From Candidatus Fervidifonticultor sextus (lineage in GTDB: Bacteria; Sysuimicrobiota; Sysuimicrobiia; Sysuimicrobiales; Humicultoraceae), in assembly GCA_031459875.1 (NCBI GenBank), contig JAVKHQ010000007.1:12530-76529 (forward strand): DNA of 64,000 bases, read 5' to 3'. Both the position numbers and the translations under genes were made by a program. Positions 22,806-31,660 of the stretch are shown piece after piece; within the stretch, counting starts at the first letter, position 1, and each line of letters begins with the position of its first letter. The notes beneath the pieces are model-generated. The model was not told where the DNA came from and made no database searches. It saw nothing but the letters and a program-made list of their open reading frames with translations.

Positions 22806-23552
22806 ATGCGACGATTACTGTTCGCGCTGGCGGTGGTAGTCCTCCTGGTCGTGACGGCCGGTGTTCCGGCATCGGCGGCCTCGTGGTTCCAGTTGCGGGT
22901 CAACCCGTCTTCGGGCGACTGGCGTGGCGGGTCGCCCGGATTTAGTGACCTCCCGTACACGTTCACCGCCAACATGTTCGGGCTCACCGGCTTCTGGCAG
23001 CCGTCGGGGTTCCGGCTGGGGCTGAGGGGGAACCTCGACACGGGATCGCTGTCGTCGTTCTCCGCGGGCATCGGCTACACCGGCGGCAACTGGCGCTGGT
23101 GGGACCTCAGCCTCGGCCTGCCGCTTCCCCTCGGTCCCGCCACGGCGTTGATCTTTGCCGGCATGGGAGACACCAGGTGGCAGGCGGACCTCCCGGGCGG
23201 CTTCTCGCGCCAGACCACGAGCGGCATGGTGTTTGGCGCCGACGTCTGGGTGCCGCTGAGGGAAGGCCGGTGGTACGTCTACGGCCACGCGCTGTTCGGC
23301 CCGAGCCACAACTACAGGTACGCGAACCTCGGCTTTGACCCCAGGTTCACGGGGAAGGCGGACGTGGCCAACTACTCCGCAGCTCTCGGCTACAACTTCC
23401 CCGGCACCATGAACAGCATCGAGCTCGGATGGCGGTCCGGCGGGTTTAGGGTGAAGGACGCCATACCGGTGATTCCTGGGGACGTAAACATCAACGGCAT
23501 GGAGACCCGCTGGTCAGGCGTCTATCTCGGCGTGGTGGTGCGCCGGCCCTAG
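22806..23552 (+). CDS. Exported hypothetical protein, probable outer-membrane beta-barrel
   Basis: Sec-type signal (MRRLLF...PASA), aromatic/Gly-rich alternating strands, C-terminal GVYLGVVVR; RBS GGAGG. Confidence 0.6.
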   Translation: MRRLLFALAVVVLLVVTAGVPASAASWFQLRVNPSSGDWRGGSPGFSDLPYTFTANMFGLTGFWQPSGFRLGLRGNLDTGSLSSFSAGIGYTGGNWRWWDLSLGLPLPLGPATALIFAGMGDTRWQADLPGGFSRQTTSGMVFGADVWVPLREGRWYVYGHALFGPSHNYRYANLGFDPRFTGKADVANYSAALGYNFPGTMNSIELGWRSGGFRVKDAIPVIPGDVNINGMETRWSGVYLGVVVRRP

Positions 23553-23576
23553 CCGGACGGGACGGCGGACGGATGC

Positions 23577-23600
23577 GAGGGGCGGCGGATGCCGCCCCTC
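23577..23600 (+). terminator. GC-rich hairpin after the beta-barrel gene
   Basis: Perfect 10-bp stem GAGGGGCGGC/GCCGCCCCTC with GGAT loop; only a weak U-tract. Confidence 0.5.
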
Positions 23601-23655
23601 CGTCTTGGGCCCTGCGGCATTCTGCTATAATCCAGGTGCGCGAAGTGTCGAACGT

Positions 23656-23730
23656 GGGGACGTAGCTCAGCGGGAGAGCACCTGCTTTGCACGCAGGGGG
23701 TCGGGGGTTCGAATCCCCTCGTCTCCACCA
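23656..23730 (+). tRNA. tRNA-Ala(TGC)
   Basis: Acceptor GGGGACG/CGTCTCC with G3:U70, D arm GCTC/GAGC, anticodon arm CCTGC-TTTGCAC-GCAGG, GGTTCGAATC T-loop, encoded CCA; extended -10 TGcTATAAT at 23623-23631. Confidence 0.97.
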
Positions 23731-23757
23731 ATCCAGTCAGGACGCGGGTTTCCGCCG

Positions 23758-23935
23758 TTGAGCCCCTCGCCAAACCCGCCGAAAAAGCAGGGGCTCACCC
23801 CCTCGCTGATGCCGTCGAGGCGTTCCTGCTGACCAAGCGCGTGGCCGGCTGTACCGAGGCCGCGCTCCAGGTCTACCCCTGGTGGCTGCGCCGGCTGACC
23901 GCCGAGGTGCCCGAGGTGACGGCGCGGCCTCGCGG
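23758..23935 (+). pseudogene. Tyrosine integrase N-terminal (core-binding/SAM-like) remnant, frameshifted and truncated
   Basis: TTG start LSPSPNPPKKQGLTP, frameshift at the C5 run 23798-23802, then LADAVEAFLLTKRVAGCTEAALQVYPWWLRRL; no catalytic domain follows. Confidence 0.7.
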
Positions 23936-23964
23936 CGGGTCAAGACGGTGGGTGGTCGTGTCGA

Positions 23965-24714
23965 TCAGTTGCAGCGCGGCAGCTCAATGGAGATAGGAGC
24001 GTTGAAGTCCTGGTAGTCCATACCCATCATGGGCTTGCCCTGGTCGAACATCTCCGACCGTCGCGGCATCCCGTCTGCTGTGACGTAGAAGCGCTGCTCG
24101 CCGGCGGGCTGTCCCGGCATCCGCCACACGATCCGGTAGACCCGCACGGGAACACCGCCCAGCGTCGCGTCGGAGAGCCGCCCCACCTCGACCTCGGACT
24201 CCCCGCCCCCTTGCCCACCGCTGCTCCCGCCGCCCTCGTCCAGGGTCTGGCACCGCCACCCCATGAGGCGCTGCGCGGCCGCCTGCATCATGGCGTTCAC
24301 GGCCGCCTGCATGAGGAACCCGGCGAGGAAACCGACCGGGTCCATGAAGGCGCCGATCAGCCCGCCGAGGCCGAGCGAGGGCTGCGGCACCGCCGGCTGC
24401 GCGGACCTGCTCACGAACCGGGAGGCCACCTGTCGCCCGACGATGATCGATTCGGCCGTCCCTTCCGGGAACTCCACGACCGCCCGCCGCCGGTCGGGAT
24501 TCACCACCTCCGTAAGGATCGTCATCTGTCGTTGGGCGCTCAGCTCGGGAGCTAGCGCCATGATCATCCTGTAGGTGCGGAGGGCCTGCAGGCGGTCGAA
24601 GGCCGCCTTGACCTCCTCCCAGGCCCCCGCGTCCCCGCTCACCCGCTGGGCCAGCGCAGGCGTGACCGCCAGGACCACCAGCAGCACCGCGGCGATCAGG
24701 CGCACTGCCCTCAC
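23965..24714 (-). CDS. Exported hypothetical protein (island cargo)
   Basis: Signal peptide VRLIAAVLLVVLAVTPALAQ; C-terminus DFNAPISIELP resembles LolA/LppX-like folds (weak). Confidence 0.65.
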   Translation of the reverse strand: MRAVRLIAAVLLVVLAVTPALAQRVSGDAGAWEEVKAAFDRLQALRTYRMIMALAPELSAQRQMTILTEVVNPDRRRAVVEFPEGTAESIIVGRQVASRFVSRSAQPAVPQPSLGLGGLIGAFMDPVGFLAGFLMQAAVNAMMQAAAQRLMGWRCQTLDEGGGSSGGQGGGESEVEVGRLSDATLGGVPVRVYRIVWRMPGQPAGEQRFYVTADGMPRRSEMFDQGKPMMGMDYQDFNAPISIELPRCN

Positions 24715-24778
24715 CCCCTGCCATGGTCTGCGGGCGGGATCCCGCCGAGTCCGTCGTCGGTTCCCGCCGCGTGCGGCG

Positions 24779-25024
24779 CTACCCCTTCGGGTAGGAGTAG
24801 TTGACCATCCACTGCACCCCGAACCGGTCCGTGAAGCTGCCGCAGTAGTCGCCCCACACCTGGTCGGCGATCGGCATCTCGATCTTCCCACCCGCCGAAA
24901 GCGCGTTGAAGATCCGGTCCGCCTCCTCCTTCGTCTCCGGATGGACGGAGATGTAGACGTTGTTGCCCTGCACGAGCGTCTGCCCGAGCGACTCAAGGGT
25001 GTCGGAGGCCATCAGAACACCATT
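24779..25024 (-). pseudogene. C-terminal half of a VOC/PhnB-family protein
   Basis: VLMASD...NVYISVHPETKEEADRIFNALSAGGKIEMP...WGDYCGSFTDRFGVQWMVN; in-frame TAG at 25025-25027 immediately upstream, N-terminal half absent. Confidence 0.8.
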
Positions 25025-25158
25025 CTAGCAGGAGCGGCGCGAACGCGCCGGACATGACAGCTCGCCCGAGGTCGCCGGGGCCTTCGCGCACGCAGACCCA
25101 TACGTGACGAACGGGCCGGTCACGCGCTGGCGGTGCGGAAGTGAACCACCGTGATCGG

Positions 25159-25179
25159 CGAATCCCTCGTCTCCACCAA
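25159..25179 (+). repeat. Duplicated tRNA-Ala 3' end (attR-like)
   Basis: 21-nt copy of 23710-23731 with one C missing. Confidence 0.9.
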
Positions 25180-25230
25180 GCGTCAAGCTGCGAGTTTCCG
25201 GCCGCGACAGGGTGACAGTCGAGACGTCCG

Positions 25231-27324
25231 TCATCGGAGATCGAACAGGTAGTACCCGCCGTCGGCGTATTCGAGCCGCGGGCCGTCTTCCCCGAACGCC
25301 TCCCGGGCCAGCCAGCCGCCGGGACGGCGCCACCGGACGATGAGCGGATACTGCGGGTACACGACGAGGTGTGTGAACCCGGCACGAGTCAGAACGGTGC
25401 GGACCTCCTGTCCGCTCTCGGCCGCCAGGACCGCATCCCGCAGGTCGCGTCCGAAGAGGCGGCCGTACCACGACAGCGGCACGAAGAAGCGATCGTAGTA
25501 GTACGCCTTGTCCTCGCCGGCACCGTAGATGCGGGCCGAGGCGGGGAGCGCGCGCCGGGCGTAGTCGGCCACGTTGAATCCCGCCACGCGTTGCTCCAGA
25601 TATGCGGTCCTCGACAGCCGCCGCGCCGCCACCTGCCAGGGGAAGTATGACAGCGCCGGCGCGATCCAGGCCCCGGCCCCCAGCGCCAGCCCCACGGTCA
25701 GGACGAGGGCCGAGGACAGCGCGCCCGGGCCGCGCCGCGGCTCTGCGAACAGTCCCGCCGCCCCGACGAGGGCGGCCAGCGGGAGGACGGGCAGCAGGAA
25801 CCTCAGATACTGCGCGGTCACGAACCAGATCAGACCCGACGCGCCGAGCACGCCGGCCAGCCACCGCGGGACCTGACGGCGGGCCACGGCCAGCAGGGTG
25901 GCCGGCAGGAGGATCAGGTAGACGATGCCGAGCGTCCCGTCCTCCACGAAGCGGCCGGGGAAACGCGTGACCCGCCACGGGATCAGGAGCAGGTCCACAG
26001 GCGACCTCCCCGTCCCCTGCACCGGCAGCGCCGGCAGCCCGCCCCCTGGCCCCGCCAGCGGGCTTTTGAAGACCTCGTTGAACAGAGGAAATACCGGGTT
26101 CCCCGTCAGCAGCCAGGCCCTGAGGTACCAGTATGCTCCGGTGGCGGCCAGCCCGACGGCCAGGGCCAGCAGGTCCGGCCACAGCGAACGGTCCGCGCGC
26201 GTGCGCCGTGCCATCAGGAGGAACGCCGCGACGCCGGGGAGTACGACTGCAGAGGCGGTGACCTTCACCCCCAGGGCCGCGCCGGCCAGTAGGCCGACCA
26301 GCAGGGCGCGTCCAGGTCCCGGTCGACGGGCGTAGCGCTCCAGGGCGGCCGCCAGCCCGACGGCGAAGAGCACGACCCAGAGATCGGTGTAGGCCGCCCC
26401 ACCGACCCACCACACCAGCGGGGTGCCGGCCGCAACCGCCGCGCCCGCCAGGCCGACGCGAGCGTTCCAGAGTCTCGCGCCCAGGTCATAGGTCAGGAAG
26501 CAGGCCGTCGCTCCGGCGAGGAAATGGAGGAGTTTGGGCACGGCCTCCCCCGGGACGAGGGTCATGCCCATGGCGAAGAGCAGGTCGCCGTTCAGCTGGA
26601 AGTAACTCGCGGCGTTCTGGCGCATCTCCACGATCGCGCCAACTCTGGCGAACTCGCGAGCAATCGGCAGGTGCGCGGCGAGCGCGTCGTAGCGCACCTC
26701 GGGGGCTGTGGCGCCCACCAGCCCGATCAACAGGAGCAGCACGAACCCCCACCACCAGGCCAGGCCCGGACGCTCCTCGGCAGGCAAGGATGCAGCGTCC
26801 CGTCCACGCCGCAGGGAAAGGACGGCGCCGCCCACGCCGGCGAGGACACATGCGACCACGAAGGGCGCCCTCAAAACCCCCAGCGTGCCCGATGCGAGGC
26901 CGAGCACGATCAAAACCGCCCACCCTGCGGTGGCCAGGAGCGGCGCGGTCTGCCAGGAGCCGGTCTCGTCGGCGAGGTCCAGCCACGGTGCGAGCATTCG
27001 TCCGTAGCCGTAGGCCGCGGCCAGCATGCAGCAGGCGACGGCGAATGCCCAGGCGACCTGGGCGCCGGCGGCGATGGACGTCGCGGCGAGGCCCGCGACC
27101 GCCACCAGCAGCCAGACGGCCCGCGCCGGCCGGCGGCGCTCGAGCCACCGTAGGGCGGCAGCAGGAACGGCCACCGCCGCGGCGCCGGCGAGTCCGACCA
27201 GGGCGAGGAACGCGTAGTCCCTCCCCGGGCGCAGGAGAGGGAGTGCAGCCACGTAGAGGGCAGGGGGCAGGGAGACCCACGGAGCCAGGATCGTGGTGAG
27301 TCGGGAGAGCCGGCTCACCGTCAT
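25231..27324 (-). CDS. Multi-pass membrane glycosyltransferase-like protein (GT-C/ArnT-PMT-like)
   Basis: About 698 aa, many TM helices, PEVRYDALAAHLPIA loop, GNPVFP, YLRFLLP; start chosen at MTVSRL. Confidence 0.7.
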   Translation of the reverse strand: MTVSRLSRLTTILAPWVSLPPALYVAALPLLRPGRDYAFLALVGLAGAAAVAVPAAALRWLERRRPARAVWLLVAVAGLAATSIAAGAQVAWAFAVACCMLAAAYGYGRMLAPWLDLADETGSWQTAPLLATAGWAVLIVLGLASGTLGVLRAPFVVACVLAGVGGAVLSLRRGRDAASLPAEERPGLAWWWGFVLLLLIGLVGATAPEVRYDALAAHLPIAREFARVGAIVEMRQNAASYFQLNGDLLFAMGMTLVPGEAVPKLLHFLAGATACFLTYDLGARLWNARVGLAGAAVAAGTPLVWWVGGAAYTDLWVVLFAVGLAAALERYARRPGPGRALLVGLLAGAALGVKVTASAVVLPGVAAFLLMARRTRADRSLWPDLLALAVGLAATGAYWYLRAWLLTGNPVFPLFNEVFKSPLAGPGGGLPALPVQGTGRSPVDLLLIPWRVTRFPGRFVEDGTLGIVYLILLPATLLAVARRQVPRWLAGVLGASGLIWFVTAQYLRFLLPVLPLAALVGAAGLFAEPRRGPGALSSALVLTVGLALGAGAWIAPALSYFPWQVAARRLSRTAYLEQRVAGFNVADYARRALPASARIYGAGEDKAYYYDRFFVPLSWYGRLFGRDLRDAVLAAESGQEVRTVLTRAGFTHLVVYPQYPLIVRWRRPGGWLAREAFGEDGPRLEYADGGYYLFDLR

Positions 27325-27378
27325 CTCAGACAGGAACTCGCCGGCGCGATCGCGTAGACGGGATACCGAGCCGGAGCG

Positions 27379-28200
27379 ATGCCACCACGAGCTTCCCAGT
27401 CTACAGAGAAAGCCTTCTGGGAGCACACGGGTGATCGATTCCCTTCTCTCAAAGGGGCCCCCTCCACCGACTACTACTTCGACTGCGAGCGCACGCTCTT
27501 CCAGGACTACTTCCCCGCCCTCCAAGACCTCCTGCTCCTGAAGACCGACCTGTGGGACGAGGCCAAGAACACCGAGATCCTGCGCTGGGCCGCAGAGCAG
27601 GGGGCCAGACCCGTGGGGATCGACATTGCAGACAGCATCGTCCGGCAGGCCAGAGCGATCCTGCGCCGCCACGAGGCGTGCCTGGTGGCCGATGTGCGAG
27701 CCCTCCCATTCCGCGCCAACGCCTTCGACCTGGTCTACTCCATGGGCACGATCGAGCACTTCCCCGAGTACCGGACCGCCGTCGGCGAGATCTACCGCGT
27801 GCTGAAGCCCGGGGGCCGGGCGATCATCGGCGTGCCCAACAAACTCGACCCCTTCCTCCGTCCCCTGCTGGTCTCCCTCCTGCAGGTGCTCGGCCGCTAT
27901 CCCTACGGAAGCGAGCGCGCCTTCACGCCTGCGGCCTTGCGCCGCCTCCTGACCGACGCCGGTTTTCGGGTGACGGCCCTCTCCGGGATCCTCTTCATGC
28001 CGGGCTGGCTGCGGATCGCCGACCTGTGGTGCCACCTGCGGGTTGCGCGCCTGGCCAGGCTCACCGGCTGGCTGGTCCGCCCCTTTGCCTGGGCGTACCG
28101 GCGCTTCCCTGCGCTCCGCCGCCACGGCTACCTGCTTGCCTGCGTGGTGGTGAAACCCGACGGCGCAGTGCCGGGCCTCCCTCCCGGGAAGACGTCCTGA
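27379..28200 (+). CDS. Class I SAM-dependent methyltransferase
   Basis: GIDIA, VADVRALPFRANAFDLVYSMGTIEHF, RVLKPGG. Confidence 0.88.
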   Translation: MPPRASQSTEKAFWEHTGDRFPSLKGAPSTDYYFDCERTLFQDYFPALQDLLLLKTDLWDEAKNTEILRWAAEQGARPVGIDIADSIVRQARAILRRHEACLVADVRALPFRANAFDLVYSMGTIEHFPEYRTAVGEIYRVLKPGGRAIIGVPNKLDPFLRPLLVSLLQVLGRYPYGSERAFTPAALRRLLTDAGFRVTALSGILFMPGWLRIADLWCHLRVARLARLTGWLVRPFAWAYRRFPALRRHGYLLACVVVKPDGAVPGLPPGKTS

Positions 28201-29759
28201 TGGCCCTCCCCTGGTGGGGAGAAGCCGCCATGCTGGCCAGGCTGGCCCGCGACCTCGGGACCTTCCTCCGCACGCCGGTGACCGTCGAAGCAGCCCGCGA
28301 GGCCACGCGGGCACGGCTGGCCTCGCGCGAGGCACGCTTCCTCCGGATTGCCAGAGAGCTGATCTACGGGTATCCGCGCAGCCCCTACCGACGCCTGCTG
28401 CGCGCGGCCGGATGTGAGTTCGGAGACCTGGAGCGCCTGGTCGCCCGCCTGGGCCTGGAGGCGGCGCTCGCCCGCCTGGCCGCCGACGGCGTCTACGTCA
28501 CCTGCGAGGAGTTCAAGGGCCGCCGAGAAGCCGTCCGCGGGAACCAGCGGTTCCACTTTGTCAACGCCGACTTCGACAACCCCCGCGCGGCGGCGCACTA
28601 TGCAGCCCCAAGCGGCGGGACGCGCGGGCCGGCCGTCGCGGTGAAGATGAGCCTGACGTTCATCGAGGACCTGGCGACCAACACCGCGCTGGCGCTCCAC
28701 GCGCACGGCCTGACCGGGCACGACCACGTGATCTGGCTGGTGGCCGGCGTGACCCCGATGCTCATCTACGCGAAGCTGGGCCGGCCGCCGCTGGCCTGGC
28801 ACTACCAGATCCCGCCGCTGCCGGTCCCAACGCGGGCGGGCTCCCGCTACCTGGCCCTGCTGGGCCGGCTGGCGTCGATCCGGCTGCCGGCCCCCTCCTT
28901 CCTCGATCTCCGGAACCCCGAGGCGATGGCGGCCCGCCTCGCCGGGCTGCGCCGCAGCGGGTCGCGGGTCTGCGTGACGACCTACGCCAGTTCCGCGGTC
29001 CGCATCGCCGCGGCCGCGCAGGAGCAGGGGCTCGACCTGTCAGGGGTCTGGTTCATCACCCTGGGCGAGCCCTTCACCGAGGGCAAGCGGCGCATCATCG
29101 AAGCCTCGGGGGCGCGCGCGCTGGTCCGTTACGCCTTCACCGAAGCCGGCATCATCGGTTATGCCTGCGCCACGCCCCAGGCGCCCGACGACCTCCACTT
29201 CTTCCGCGACTGCTACGGGCTGGTCCAGCGGCCGCGCCCGGTGGACGCCGCCGGCCTGCAGGTGGACGGCTTCCTGTTCACGTCGCTCCTGCCGTCCGCC
29301 CCCAAGGTCCTGCTTAACGTCGAGAGCGGCGACTACGGCGTGATCGAGCAGCGGCCGTGCGGGTGCGGCCTAGGCGAGGCGGGGCTGACCACACACCTCG
29401 CTCACATCCGCAGCTTTGAGAAACTCAGCGGCGAGGGGATGACGTTTGTCCAGACCGACCTGCTCAGGGTACTGGAGGAGGTCCTGCCCGCCCGCTTCGG
29501 CGGGACGGGCACCGACTACCAGATCCTGGAGGAAGAGTCAGACGGCATCCTGCGGCTCGCGTTGATCGTCAGCCCCCGCGTCGGCGCCGTGGACGAGGAC
29601 CGCCTGCGGCGGACATTCCTGGAGGAACTGGGCCGTGGGGGAGCCGTGGCCCGGGTCGGCGCGCGCTTCTGGCAGCGCGCCGACACCATTGCGGTGAGGC
29701 GACAGTGGCCGAAGACCACCCCGGCGGGGAAGATCCTGCCGTTCGAGATGGCACAATGA
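28200..29759 (+). CDS. Phenylacetate-CoA ligase/CapK-like adenylate-forming superfamily protein (divergent)
   Basis: ATG overlaps the upstream TGA; degenerate ANL motifs PSGGTRG, LGEP, YAFTEAG, ESGDYG, CGCG. Confidence 0.6.
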   Translation: MALPWWGEAAMLARLARDLGTFLRTPVTVEAAREATRARLASREARFLRIARELIYGYPRSPYRRLLRAAGCEFGDLERLVARLGLEAALARLAADGVYVTCEEFKGRREAVRGNQRFHFVNADFDNPRAAAHYAAPSGGTRGPAVAVKMSLTFIEDLATNTALALHAHGLTGHDHVIWLVAGVTPMLIYAKLGRPPLAWHYQIPPLPVPTRAGSRYLALLGRLASIRLPAPSFLDLRNPEAMAARLAGLRRSGSRVCVTTYASSAVRIAAAAQEQGLDLSGVWFITLGEPFTEGKRRIIEASGARALVRYAFTEAGIIGYACATPQAPDDLHFFRDCYGLVQRPRPVDAAGLQVDGFLFTSLLPSAPKVLLNVESGDYGVIEQRPCGCGLGEAGLTTHLAHIRSFEKLSGEGMTFVQTDLLRVLEEVLPARFGGTGTDYQILEEESDGILRLALIVSPRVGAVDEDRLRRTFLEELGRGGAVARVGARFWQRADTIAVRRQWPKTTPAGKILPFEMAQ

Positions 29760-30454
29760 GCCCTCCCCTGCTCTCGGTCGTGATCCCGGTGTACAACGAA
29801 CGGGGCACGATCGAGGAGGTGCTGCGCCGCGTCCGGGCCGTGGGGATCGCAAGCGAGATCATCGTCGTGGACGACGGCTCCACCGACGGCACGCAGGAGG
29901 CCCTCCGGCGCCTCTGCGAGCATGCCAGCCGCGATCACACCCGGATCCTCTTTCAGGCGACCAACCGGGGGAAGGGTGCCTCGGTGCGATGGGCCTTCCA
30001 GGAGGCGCGCGGCCGCATCGTCCTGATCCAGGACGCGGATCTGGAGTACGACCCCGCCGACTACCCGCGGCTGCTCCAGCCCATCCTGAACGGAGACGCC
30101 GATGTCGTCTTTGGCTCCCGGCTCCGCCAGCCGGGCTACAGCGGGAGCATCGGCCAGGTGCTGGGCAACCGCGTCCTGACCAGCCTCTCCAACCTGCTGA
30201 CCGGACTGCGGCTCACCGATGTCTACGTCGGCTACAAGGTCTTCCGGCGGGAGGTGCTGGCGCAGATCCGGCTCAGGGAGGACCGGTTCGGATTCGAGGC
30301 CGAAGTCACGGCCAAGGTGGCCCGCGGCGGCTGGCGGGTGCGCGAGGTGCCCGTCTCCTACCGTCCGCGCACCTGTGCCGAGGGGAAGAAGATCAGGCTG
30401 CGGGATGCCCTCTGGGGCCTCTGGTGCATCGTCAGGTACCGGCTGGCGGACTGA
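29756..30454 (+). CDS. GT2 glycosyltransferase (polyprenol-phosphate glycosyltransferase-like)
   Basis: LSVVIPVYNE, VDDGSTDGT, GKG, QDADLEYDP, FGFEAEVT. Confidence 0.92.
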   Translation: MSPPLLSVVIPVYNERGTIEEVLRRVRAVGIASEIIVVDDGSTDGTQEALRRLCEHASRDHTRILFQATNRGKGASVRWAFQEARGRIVLIQDADLEYDPADYPRLLQPILNGDADVVFGSRLRQPGYSGSIGQVLGNRVLTSLSNLLTGLRLTDVYVGYKVFRREVLAQIRLREDRFGFEAEVTAKVARGGWRVREVPVSYRPRTCAEGKKIRLRDALWGLWCIVRYRLAD

Positions 30455-30479
30455 CCGTGGTTCCCGGGCGGCCAGGCAG

Positions 30480-30959
30480 TCACGCGCCCCGGCCCTCTGA
30501 TGCGGTCAGCGGCGCTACCCGTGCGCCCGTGGCCCGGATCAGGTCTTGGGGATCGATCCAGATCTGCAGCCCGCGCACCCCGGCGCTGACACTGATGTGC
30601 GCATGGTCCAGCGCCGAGGCGTCAATGAAGACCGGATACCGGCGCCGGGTGCCCAGGGGGGAGACCGCGCCCTTGATGTATCCGACGAGCCGCACCAGCG
30701 CCGAGGCGTCTGCCATCTCCATGCGTTTCACCCCGGCACTCCTGGCCAGCGCGCGCAGATCCAGCTCCCGGCTCCCCGGGACGCAGGCCAGGAAGACCTC
30801 ACCGCGATCCGACCGCACGACGAGCGTCTTGAAGACCTGCTCCGGCGGCAGGCCCAGCCGCGCTGCGGCCTCGGCGGCCGTGTGGGCTTCGGCCTCGAAC
30901 TCCAGCAGGCGGTAGGCCAGGCCCAGGGCGTCCAGGGCGCGGGTGGCTCGGGTCCGCAT
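30480..30959 (-). CDS. ybaK: YbaK/EbsC Cys-tRNA(Pro) deacylase
   Basis: QVFKTLV, GYIKGAVSPLG, VSAGVRGLQI. Confidence 0.88.
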   Translation of the reverse strand: MRTRATRALDALGLAYRLLEFEAEAHTAAEAAARLGLPPEQVFKTLVVRSDRGEVFLACVPGSRELDLRALARSAGVKRMEMADASALVRLVGYIKGAVSPLGTRRRYPVFIDASALDHAHISVSAGVRGLQIWIDPQDLIRATGARVAPLTASEGRGA

Positions 30960-31296
30960 CCTGGACTACCGTTCGCCGCCTGCTTCCGGGCAGCCCTCTG
31001 GGCCAGGCAGAACGGCGCAAAAGACGGCGGCCCCGGGTAGGCTCGGTGCGGCTCGCGACACTCCGCGCGGGTGACTGGGCGGTCCGCCTGGTGTCTTGCT
31101 GAGGAGGCTGTGGCCCGCTTCTTGGTCGCGGCCGGCTCCTGTCCTCGCCAGGGGGTGCCGCAGTCTCTCCCTGCCGCGAGCGCCCGCTGTACCCGGGGCC
31201 CTTCGGTCACTTCCACCATAAATGAAGGGGCTTCGGGCTGGCTATCCGGTGGCCACCTGATTGCGGAGCGTGCCCCCATCCGGCCGCCTCCGCGCG

Positions 31297-31341
31297 TTGA
31301 CGGACGGCATGAGCCATGACTAGAATTATAGTCAAAATGGC
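31297..31341 (+). promoter_or_regulatory. TA promoter with palindromic operator
   Basis: TTGACG-18-TAGAAT; TGACTA-gaatta-TAGTCA palindrome (31317-31334) over the -10. Confidence 0.6.
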
Positions 31342-31660
31342 GCGACGGCCGACGTTCGAGTTGACCTATGCTCCGGTCACGAGGCGACACCTGCGGGCGA
31401 TCGAGCCGGGATGCTATCGACTCATACGCCGCGAGATTGAAACCCAATTGCCGGTCGGGCCTGACACTGAGACGCGCAGTCGAAAACCTTTGAAGCGGCC
31501 AGGGATCTTTGGGGCGGTGTGGGAGATGCGGTTCGGTCCCGGATGCCGGTTTCGCGTCTTCTACAGGGTCAACCGGGACGAGCGGCACGTCGAGATCCTG
31601 GCGATTGGCGAGAAGGAAGGAAGCAGTCTGTTCGTGGGCGGAGAGGCAATTGAAACATGA
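31337..31660 (+). CDS. RelE/ParE-superfamily toxin
   Basis: About 107 aa; WEMRFG...RFRVFYRV...VEILAIGEK; coupled (ATGA) to a Phd antitoxin. Confidence 0.8.
   Translation: MARRPTFELTYAPVTRRHLRAIEPGCYRLIRREIETQLPVGPDTETRSRKPLKRPGIFGAVWEMRFGPGCRFRVFYRVNRDERHVEILAIGEKEGSSLFVGGEAIET

Larger units (their letters stand above)
23710..25179 (+). mobile_element. Degenerate integrative element at tRNA-Ala bounded by attL/attR-like direct repeats
   Basis: CGAATCCCCTCGTCTCCACCAA (23710-23731) repeated as CGAATCCCTCGTCTCCACCAA (25159-25179); integrase-like stub right after the tRNA. Confidence 0.85.

Noticed and set aside
27325-28335. N-terminal extension of the 1034-aa ORF (25231-28335)
   Set aside because: It is antisense to the methyltransferase; the membrane-protein sequence begins near 27324
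31200-31245. Hairpin (CCCTTC...GAAGGG) with a GAAGCCCC...TTTATGGTGG look, reminiscent of IS200/IS605 right ends
   Set aside because: Too short and degenerate; no tnpA/tnpB remnant recognised nearby
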